Both the position numbers and the translations under genes were made by a program. Below, piece by piece: positions 9,190 through 16,680 of a DNA stretch of 64,000 bases. The first letter of the stretch is position 1. Every line of letters begins with the position of its first letter. The notes beneath the pieces are model-generated. The model was given only the letters and a program-made list of their open reading frames with translations, was not told where the DNA came from and did not search any database. Source of the DNA: a virus; the IMG/VR virus record IMGVR_UViG_3300042541_003180, positions 21,312 to 85,311 of that record; one strand, 5' to 3'.

Positions 9190-11336
9190 TATTTACTACC
9201 ACTATTAAACCAGTTTATACCCGTACTATTAACATCATTAACAGTTTTATTTCTACCTAAAACTTTTCTTCTAACACTTAATAATTGTGAATAATCAACA
9301 GTTTCACTATATTCAAGATTTTTTAAGCAATCTTCAACATGGTTCTTAAATGTAGGATCTTTTTGTAAAGTATCTTCAACCATTTCTTTAAAATCATTTT
9401 TTGAAAATATTGAAGTTGTATTAACAATAGTCATTACACAATCATCGTGTCCTACATCAGCAGCATACCTGGTATTACCAGCAGTTGTTGTGTGTTTAAC
9501 AAATGTTGTAATCTCTCTAACAGTTTCTTCATTATTAATAGAGAATCCTTTAGAAATCATTAAATCTTGATAATCTTTAACCATCATATTTTTATTCTCA
9601 CCTACTTTTAATCCAACTTTTTCTTCAGTTGCATCTGCTCTATGTTTATATCTAAAGAAAATAGATGAACCATATTGATTATTACCATCAAAAACGTGTG
9701 GTAACTCAGCTAATAAGGTATTACCATAGTTATTTAACTCTAAAACTATTTTAACATTATCTGGATTGAAGTATTCAAAGGCTAATATGTAAAGTATTTC
9801 AGCTAATTGTTTAACTGAGATTAAATTACTTCTAAATAAACCAAATTGTTCCAATCTAATAAAGTCGGTAACTGATTTATAGGAAGCTTTCTGTGATTCA
9901 ATTAAATCCATATCTTTTTTAGATATTTTAAATATGTTCATAATAGAATAATCTTGTCCTAATCCTTCAGATATATCGACTGATATAATAACCTTCTCAG
10001 TTTTTCTATTAATAGGTAGAAATATTTCATCATCATCAACCCATCTCAAATCTTTATAGCTAAATCTTAGTTTATTTTCAAATTCAAAAATCTCTTCAAA
10101 CTTATAATTTTTCTTATTATTTAAAAGACTATCAATAATGGCTTCGTTTAATAACGATTTACTTGAGTTAATAAAACGTAATCCATATTCTTGGTTAAAC
10201 GCATCTTCACCACCAATATCTTTTACTGCTTCTTCTTTCCAAGTTGTCATCTCACCAATAGCTCTTAAAGGAACTTCAAATCCTTTTGAATCAATGAAAG
10301 TTAGATTTTTAACATCTTCATCAGTACATTGTTCATTATTAAATACTGATATAATATCTTTTTGGAAATCTGAATTGAATCCCATATGAGTTTTAGTTAT
10401 TTTCTCTGGATATCTTTGTTTAATACCTTCAAATATTTCTTCTTTAGTTACACCGTGTTCATATAATCTATGATTATTTAATCTTAGATAAGTAACAAAT
10501 CTACCGGGAACTTGATGCCAGTAAACCCTCATAGGTTTATAGTTATTTTTAAGTGGATCTCCTTCCGGTCTCTCTGCATCGGTTAACAACTTGTGGAATA
10601 AATTCATACCATTTGGTGTTGATGTAATAATAATCTTTGAGTTTTGTACTGCAGACACGGTTGGATAAGCTGCTGTATAGTAAGGTTCTATAATATTTGA
10701 TGGAATGTGTGCAAACTCATCAAGATAAAGTACGTCAATGGTAAAACCGATTGCTGGTGTTTTAGATCTTGCAGATGTTTTTATTCTACATCCATTCTCA
10801 AATGTTAGAGACTTTTGATTCCAAGTTTTAATACCTGGTTTTAAAAAGAATGGTAGTAATGAGTAGATGGATTTAATTTTATCTACAATCTCTACTGCGG
10901 TATCTCCTTTATTTGCAACAATCATTATATTCTTATCATTGCTAAATAAGATAGTATGCAACATGAAGATTGATGCTGAGATTGTTTTACCAACCTGACG
11001 AGAAGCCATTAAAATATTAAATCTACTATTAACGAAGTTATCTAATATTTCTTTTTGGTATTCTCTTAGTTTAATGTTATTTATCGAACCATCTTCAGTT
11101 TTCACTTTACAATATGTTTCTGTAAAGTAATGTACATCTAATGCACACTTAATATACTCTGCTTGTTCTTCTGGAGACATTCTAAATGAAACCCCTGCTC
11201 TTCTTAGACCTACCTCAGATTTTAACCAAGGATTTTGGTATCTTTTTATAACGATACCGTCATTGATTTTATCAGAAGCTTCATCTACCAGACGAGTGGT
11301 AAATATCATTTGTTTCTCTATTATTTCTTTTGCCAT
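9189..11336 (-). CDS. gp17: Terminase large subunit (T4 gp17-like) with insertion
   Basis: LREYQ, ASRQVGKT (Walker A), LYLDEFAHI (Walker B), ITSTPNGMN, FNQEY, SVDISEGLGQDYS, GHDDCVM. Confidence 0.95.
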   Translation of the reverse strand: MAKEIIEKQMIFTTRLVDEASDKINDGIVIKRYQNPWLKSEVGLRRAGVSFRMSPEEQAEYIKCALDVHYFTETYCKVKTEDGSINNIKLREYQKEILDNFVNSRFNILMASRQVGKTISASIFMLHTILFSNDKNIMIVANKGDTAVEIVDKIKSIYSLLPFFLKPGIKTWNQKSLTFENGCRIKTSARSKTPAIGFTIDVLYLDEFAHIPSNIIEPYYTAAYPTVSAVQNSKIIITSTPNGMNLFHKLLTDAERPEGDPLKNNYKPMRVYWHQVPGRFVTYLRLNNHRLYEHGVTKEEIFEGIKQRYPEKITKTHMGFNSDFQKDIISVFNNEQCTDEDVKNLTFIDSKGFEVPLRAIGEMTTWKEEAVKDIGGEDAFNQEYGLRFINSSKSLLNEAIIDSLLNNKKNYKFEEIFEFENKLRFSYKDLRWVDDDEIFLPINRKTEKVIISVDISEGLGQDYSIMNIFKISKKDMDLIESQKASYKSVTDFIRLEQFGLFRSNLISVKQLAEILYILAFEYFNPDNVKIVLELNNYGNTLLAELPHVFDGNNQYGSSIFFRYKHRADATEEKVGLKVGENKNMMVKDYQDLMISKGFSINNEETVREITTFVKHTTTAGNTRYAADVGHDDCVMTIVNTTSIFSKNDFKEMVEDTLQKDPTFKNHVEDCLKNLEYSETVDYSQLLSVRRKVLGRNKTVNDVNSTGINWFNSGSK

Positions 11337-11384
11337 AAATTGGACTTTACTTTTTTTATATATATTGTAAAAAACCGTTTACTT

Positions 11385-12008
11385 ATGTCAAAAAGTGAAG
11401 AACAAAGAATTAGACTACAAGATGAATTCGATCAAATCCAGTCAGAAAACTCGGAATTCGACATTTCTCTACACTTAGCCAAGCCAGAAGATTTACCTGA
11501 TTTAGGTGAAATCGAGATATATGATTATGATGCTGATTTAACTGTGGCAACACAACAATCAATGGATGTATTAGAATCATTGGTTGATTTATATCTAAGT
11601 GATATACCAAAATTAAAAGAACATTCTTATATTAGAAATAAGATGAGAGAAGACGCTATGGTTTACGCTGAAGCAATTTTCTTATCAAAGATGACTAGAA
11701 AAAACTTTCTATCTCAATTGAGACAAGTTGATAATGGTGATAACGCAGCAAGAATGCATGAAGTTGTCAATCAAACAATTGGTCAAATTAGAGAGAATGG
11801 TAAGTTTTTATCAAATCAAAGAACTGAATTAGAGAAGTTCTATAAAACATTAAGAAAAGACTTAGGTTATAACGAAATTGAAAACCCTGAAGTTAAACAA
11901 GCTGAGGCAGAAAGTCAAGCTGATACATCTACTGATGGTTTGGTTACAAATAATCGAGATCTAAATGAAATGATTAAGAATGCGATGAGTAAGAAAGATG
12001 AGAAATAA
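11385..12008 (+). CDS. Probable terminase small subunit (gp16-like); start reassigned to 11385
   Basis: ARMHEVVNQTIGQI resembles gp16-type PRxYEV; C-terminal TNNRDLNEMIK resembles STxELQKLLK. Divergent from terL across a TATATATA. Confidence 0.6.
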   Translation: MSKSEEQRIRLQDEFDQIQSENSEFDISLHLAKPEDLPDLGEIEIYDYDADLTVATQQSMDVLESLVDLYLSDIPKLKEHSYIRNKMREDAMVYAEAIFLSKMTRKNFLSQLRQVDNGDNAARMHEVVNQTIGQIRENGKFLSNQRTELEKFYKTLRKDLGYNEIENPEVKQAEAESQADTSTDGLVTNNRDLNEMIKNAMSKKDEK

Positions 12009-12039
12009 AAAAAAGACTAACATTTGTTAGTCTTTTTTT
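12006..12039. terminator. Bidirectional intrinsic terminator
   Basis: aaaaaaagactaaca-tt-tgttagtcttttttt. Confidence 0.85.
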
Positions 12040-12041
12040 AT

Positions 12042-12617
12042 TTATCTTCTACCATTTGGATTTTGTTCTTGTGCTAGTAATGTATTTAGACGATCTTGAA
12101 ACTCAGTTCTAATAGGCTCACGTGCGGCAACTTCTCCGGTTACATCACGTCTTTCTATTAGATCATAAACTTTTGTAAGTTCGGCAACCACCTGCATCGC
12201 ACTCATTTGTCTAGGTTCATAATCCCAGATTTGAGTTCTTAGATAATCTCTATTTTTAAAGTTATATAAAGGAGCTTTTTTACTTACTTCTTGTTTATAG
12301 ATTTGTAAAGTTGGATATTTCTCTTTAACTTTCTTTAAATCTTTCAATTTTGAAATAACTTTTTTTCTTTCAACATCAGTAATATCTCTCTTTCTTGAAA
12401 TATTTTCTAATGTAGTTATTAAAGTATCAATATTTGCATAAATGTCTAAAAGTCTTTCTTTGATTACCTTTGAAATGGTTCTACCACCAACAAACTGCAT
12501 TGTTAATAATCCAAGTATAGTTATAGGAAATGATAAAATAGATTTTATTATTCCTCCTAGTGATTCGTTTATTTCTTCTCCTTGAGAGAATGATTCAAAT
12601 GTTTTAATGTTTTTCAT
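12042..12617 (-). CDS. Putative virion internal protein with CTS-like N-terminus and TM segment
   Basis: MKNIKTFESFSQGEEINE-SLGGIIKSILSFPITILGLL; TAATATATA 4 nt upstream. Confidence 0.6.
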   Translation of the reverse strand: MKNIKTFESFSQGEEINESLGGIIKSILSFPITILGLLTMQFVGGRTISKVIKERLLDIYANIDTLITTLENISRKRDITDVERKKVISKLKDLKKVKEKYPTLQIYKQEVSKKAPLYNFKNRDYLRTQIWDYEPRQMSAMQVVAELTKVYDLIERRDVTGEVAAREPIRTEFQDRLNTLLAQEQNPNGRR

Positions 12618-12627
12618 ACATTATATA

Positions 12628-13545
12628 TTATTTTTTATAATTAAAATTTTCAAAGGTTCTTACAATTTTATGTAGATTTAACTCTACTTTTGTTGTAATA
12701 AATGTATTTACCTTATTGAATGTAACTTGATTTATAATCAATTCACACTCTTCCATTTTAAGTACTTCTTTTACTTTCTCTTTAACTTCATCATCACTGT
12801 TCTTAACTAAGAATTGAAGCACATCATTTACACCTTTAGCTAGTTTGACTGTATTAAGATCATCGTCATATAAAGAAACTTCATCATATTTAGTTATTTC
12901 TTCTTCTGTAAACTTCGTATCAGCGGTTTTTAAACCAATTATATGTTGGAGTACCAATCTCACTTTTTTGTGTACTATATCGTCTCTATCTCTGTTATAG
13001 AATGTTTCTGATATGTAATAGAAGTTCTTTATTTTTAATCCAAAGTCTAATAATTTTTCTTCTAACTTTTCAATTAGTGATTCATAACTTCTTTTAGAGT
13101 TTTTAGAACAAATAACATAGATGTCGTCTTGACTATTTTTAAGATGTCTAATATTTTCTAAGTGTATTGTAAAGTCACCATTATCAATTATGTCTTTACT
13201 CATAAATTCCTGCATTGAGAATGCTAAATCTGATACATCTACATTGGCATTTTTTGCTTTAATTTTAATTCTGTTTAAAAGTTCTTCACTGAACCAATAA
13301 GATTCCCCAGACATATCAAATTTGATATTATCTTTTCTATAAACACCTTTTCTTAAAAGGTTAAATTCTGATTTAGATATTCTTAACAAAGGTTTATTAG
13401 GATTTAGTTTATTAACTATCCAAACTTTACTATTCATAGTAATTAAACTGTTAAGGTCAAAGAAATGTGCATTCATTAGTGAGTTTTTGTTTTTATTACC
13501 AGAATGATCCACCTGGATGTCTGTGAGATTTTTTATCATAATCAT
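12628..13545 (-). CDS. Degenerate HAD-fold protein with CTS-like peptide at C-terminus
   Basis: FFDLNSL, YVICSK, SLYDDD (HAD-like motifs); ends IVRTFENFNYKK. True start probably near 13477 (MNAHFFD). Confidence 0.45.
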   Translation of the reverse strand: MIMIKNLTDIQVDHSGNKNKNSLMNAHFFDLNSLITMNSKVWIVNKLNPNKPLLRISKSEFNLLRKGVYRKDNIKFDMSGESYWFSEELLNRIKIKAKNANVDVSDLAFSMQEFMSKDIIDNGDFTIHLENIRHLKNSQDDIYVICSKNSKRSYESLIEKLEEKLLDFGLKIKNFYYISETFYNRDRDDIVHKKVRLVLQHIIGLKTADTKFTEEEITKYDEVSLYDDDLNTVKLAKGVNDVLQFLVKNSDDEVKEKVKEVLKMEECELIINQVTFNKVNTFITTKVELNLHKIVRTFENFNYKK

Positions 13546-13915
13546 CCTTTAAATAAACTTCCGCAGATTTACCTTTCTCGTCAAATACAAGTTTTATACT
13601 ATCTCCTGCCTTTGGTGTATCTTCTCTCCAAAATCCATTTGGATATATAGTAGTTTCTATTTTATTGCCATTATTATCAATGAATTGAATTCTTAATTTA
13701 CCCTTACTATGTCTTTCTATATCTTTTATAGTACCAGTAGATGTTTTATTTGCATAATCTATATTTTCAATATCATTACCATTTTTATCTTCTATACCAA
13801 CAAAGGTACAAGAACCAAATAATAGACCAAGTGCCGCAACCATACCGGTTGCCACTGATCTTAATCCTTCATCAATATTTTCAAAATCTTCATTATATTT
13901 TTTAATGTATTTCAT
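13496..13915 (-). CDS. CTS-like protein with internal lipoprotein-signal-like segment
   Basis: MKYIKKYNEDFENIDE-GLRSVATGMVAALGLLFGSC; TAATATATA at 13933-13941. Confidence 0.55.
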   Translation of the reverse strand: MKYIKKYNEDFENIDEGLRSVATGMVAALGLLFGSCTFVGIEDKNGNDIENIDYANKTSTGTIKDIERHSKGKLRIQFIDNNGNKIETTIYPNGFWREDTPKAGDSIKLVFDEKGKSAEVYLKDDYDKKSHRHPGGSFW

Positions 13916-13944
13916 AAAAGTTTATTTTTTTATATATATTAAAT

Positions 13945-13971
13945 AAAAAAACTCACTAAAAAGTGAGTTTT
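13945..13971. terminator. Intrinsic terminator
   Basis: aaaaaaactcact-aaaa-agtgagttttt. Confidence 0.8.
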
Positions 13972-13978
13972 TAATTTT

Positions 13979-14434
13979 TTATCTTAATAATTTTCTACTT
14001 AGTGCAAAATCATATAATACTGGTAAGTTTAAGTATTCTATAAAGTGTTTTCTCATTTCTTCCAGTGTTCTAGATCTATTTATTATACTTATTACTAAAA
14101 ATCCAAACTCTTCTTGAAACTCTAAATAACAATCACACCAAGGTCTGTTATAATGTTCTAATGTTTTCCATTCTCTTTCACCACCTGATAACCAGTATAA
14201 ACTTTTTTCTGGTGATACATTATCTGTATCTATATCTCTAGTTTCTAGTTGCCAAATTGGATCATTTGCATCACAATTTCTTAATAATAATGAAACTGCC
14301 TCACCTAAATCTGTCGTTAACTCTTTTCCTATTTCAAAGAACCATTCATTTCCTTCTCTGCTTATTATAATTGTGTTATTGTCATAAATAATTTTAGTTC
14401 CAATTTCTTTCAGTAAAGTTCTTTTTCTTTTCAT
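13979..14434 (-). CDS. Hypothetical protein
   Basis: 151 aa ORF co-oriented with neighbours. Confidence 0.65.
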   Translation of the reverse strand: MKRKRTLLKEIGTKIIYDNNTIIISREGNEWFFEIGKELTTDLGEAVSLLLRNCDANDPIWQLETRDIDTDNVSPEKSLYWLSGGEREWKTLEHYNRPWCDCYLEFQEEFGFLVISIINRSRTLEEMRKHFIEYLNLPVLYDFALSRKLLR

Positions 14435-14453
14435 AGTAATTAATTATTTTTAT

Positions 14454-14744
14454 CTAGATAGGTTTGTTTAACCCACTCTTCCAAGTTCCTTTGAAGACTC
14501 CTTTCTCCCAAATACCATTCTCCCACGTTCCATAGAATCCACCATTTTTAAATATGCCGTATTTCCAATTACCAAATTTATAAATACCTTCGTGCCAAAT
14601 TAAAGTATCTTTCTTAATTTCTACAATAGCATCTTCAACCTCAGAATCAATTAGCCAATTGAATCCCAGTTCTTTTAATTTCTTTAAAATTTCTGATTTT
14701 GTTGTGATAGATTTATCGTTATACTTAAATTCTTTAATTCCCAT
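14454..14744 (-). CDS. Small protein with G-x-[WF] short repeats
   Basis: WHEGIYKFGNWKYGIFKNGGFYGTWENGIWEKGVFKGTWKSG. Confidence 0.65.
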   Translation of the reverse strand: MGIKEFKYNDKSITTKSEILKKLKELGFNWLIDSEVEDAIVEIKKDTLIWHEGIYKFGNWKYGIFKNGGFYGTWENGIWEKGVFKGTWKSGLNKPI

Positions 14745-14859
14745 TTTGAATAATCTTTTTACGAGTATATATATTTTTTAACGTCTGACATTCTTTTTCT
14801 TTTTCTCTAATTTTTACTTAAAAATGAAGATTTTACTTTGAAAAAAAATAAAATAAATG

Positions 14860-14887
14860 AAAAAACCGAGATAGTTCTCGGTTTTTT
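14860..14887. terminator. Intrinsic terminator
   Basis: aaaaaaccgaga-tagt-tctcggtttttt. Confidence 0.8.
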
Positions 14888-15461
14888 ATAATAATTTGAA
14901 TATAACATTTACTTCAGAAGTTATTATATCAAAAGATAATTTTTCAAAATCTTCTTTACTTAGTTTATGTGACTTCCCTTCAGTTGTAAGATCTCTCATG
15001 TTTGGTAAAGGTATTTCTTCATCATCTCCATACATAAGTTTCATTTGTTCTTTATAAATAAAATAAACATCTAATATATTATAATGTTTCATAACACGAT
15101 CTACCATAAATAGTAATTGATCTTTAACATCATCAATAATAAATTTAGTTTCTTCTATACCACCTTCATCACCATGTCTAACTTGTTTCTGTACTCTAAT
15201 TCTAGCTTCTGTTTTTCTCTCACCATGTATAGTTTCACCACTATGTCCTCTTTCAAATGAGCTTTCTACAAATGATATAGTTATAGTAAAGTCATCCTGT
15301 AAATAAGTAATAGAATCCAGTATAAACTCTTTAAATTTGGATTGTTTTTCTTCTGAACCAGTTAGGTTATTTTCGGTATTGGGTTCTTGTTCTTTGATTT
15401 TATCTTTTATAAATGTTTTAACCTTATTGATAAATCCTTCGTGTGTTTGTAAATACTTCAT
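14886..15461 (-). CDS. CTS-like hypothetical protein
   Basis: MKYLQTHEGF N-terminus; loosely similar to the adjacent 15464 protein (YLQDDF/YLSDDD, C-terminal V-x-F). Confidence 0.6.
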   Translation of the reverse strand: MKYLQTHEGFINKVKTFIKDKIKEQEPNTENNLTGSEEKQSKFKEFILDSITYLQDDFTITISFVESSFERGHSGETIHGERKTEARIRVQKQVRHGDEGGIEETKFIIDDVKDQLLFMVDRVMKHYNILDVYFIYKEQMKLMYGDDEEIPLPNMRDLTTEGKSHKLSKEDFEKLSFDIITSEVNVIFKLL

Positions 15462-15463
15462 AA

Positions 15464-15961
15464 TTAATATATTTTTATAAGAAAAGTTACTTCTTCAACT
15501 TCATCATTATCTGATAATTCTTCAAACTCTTCTATTGATACTTTTTCTTCTTTTATTTTAGCTAACATTTTAACCTTATCATAAGTTTTTTCAACTAATT
15601 GTGATGTTAGTAAAATAAAATCTTTAATTTCTGATAATTTAAAACTTTCTTTTTCGGTTCTACTAATATTTACTCTAAATATAGTTTTGTATTTACCTGT
15701 AACTAATTCACCTTCTTTATTTACATAAATATCATTTTCACTAAATCCAACTAATATATTAAATCTATCATCATCTGAGAGATAAGATACTTCATTTCTA
15801 ATTAATTGTGATAAATCTTTTTTTGGAAAGTCGTCTGGTAGAGTAGGTTTTAATTCAAATAAAATACCAACTAGTTCAACAACTTCTTGAGTATCAAGAT
15901 CTTCGGGTCTAGTATATTTTATTTTACCGGAGAAGTTCTCATATAATTTTAAGTTTTTCAT
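15464..15961 (-). CDS. CTS-like hypothetical protein
   Basis: MKNLKLYENF; TATATATA 5 nt upstream of ATG. Confidence 0.6.
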   Translation of the reverse strand: MKNLKLYENFSGKIKYTRPEDLDTQEVVELVGILFELKPTLPDDFPKKDLSQLIRNEVSYLSDDDRFNILVGFSENDIYVNKEGELVTGKYKTIFRVNISRTEKESFKLSEIKDFILLTSQLVEKTYDKVKMLAKIKEEKVSIEEFEELSDNDEVEEVTFLIKIY

Positions 15962-15973
15962 ATGAGTATATAT

Positions 15974-16002
15974 AAAAAAAACCAGGTGATTTACCTGGTT
16001 TT
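15974..16002. terminator. Intrinsic terminator
   Basis: aaaaccagg-tgattta-cctggtttt. Confidence 0.75.
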
Positions 16003-16582
16003 ATAAATTATCTAAAAATTCCTTTTCTTCTTTTGTTAAAGAGTCAATACCACTTTCGTTTATTTTATCTAAGATTGTATCGATTTCTAAACTAACTTGT
16101 TTTTTAGTTTTGGATTTAACCTCGCTAACTACTTTAGTTTGTTCAACCTCTGTATTTTTTTCTTGGTTATTTCTTATATGTTCAATCTTTCTATCTAGAG
16201 AAGGCATTTTTATATCATATCCTTTTTCAATATAGAATAAATAAGAGTTTAAAGTATCATCATTCTTAGATACTTTAGGAATTACTACCGGTTTCATTCT
16301 AAATACTCTATCATACTCTTTTTTTGTTACAGGACATACTTCAGGGAAGAAGAAAAACTCTTTATCAAGTAGCTCACCTGTAAATTTATTTATATCTTGT
16401 TGTTCAACTGCTACAGTCATACCAGTTTCTTGACAAATCCATAATTTTAAGCAACGTTGATTCTTGTATTTTAAAAGAATTTCAAAATCTATTGAAAGTG
16501 TAGTTGATGCTATAAATAGTTGTCTTTGATCCATTGCCTTTAAGTTAAGACAGATTACTTTATTAATATTAAATAAACTCAT
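16001..16582 (-). CDS. Hypothetical protein with C-terminal DUF6576-like module
   Basis: Ends IDTILDKINESGIDSLTKEEKEFLDNL; TATATTTG host-type promoter at 16600-16607. Confidence 0.65.
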   Translation of the reverse strand: MSLFNINKVICLNLKAMDQRQLFIASTTLSIDFEILLKYKNQRCLKLWICQETGMTVAVEQQDINKFTGELLDKEFFFFPEVCPVTKKEYDRVFRMKPVVIPKVSKNDDTLNSYLFYIEKGYDIKMPSLDRKIEHIRNNQEKNTEVEQTKVVSEVKSKTKKQVSLEIDTILDKINESGIDSLTKEEKEFLDNL

Positions 16583-16680
16583 ACTCTATTTTATTTTTAC
16601 AAATATACTGATAATTTTTAAAATATCAAAAATTGATACTTATTATTTTATATATATACTAAAAAATTTTTTATATCATA

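Noticed and set aside
10248-10499. Possible intein in terL
   Set aside because: No N-terminal C/S and C-terminal HN splice motifs, no LAGLIDADG; treated as a plain insertion.
11235-11384. ORF-track start at 11235 (likewise 25123, 42219, 50951)
   Set aside because: These upstream extensions overlap neighbouring genes or promoters; downstream ATGs fit the promoter motifs better.
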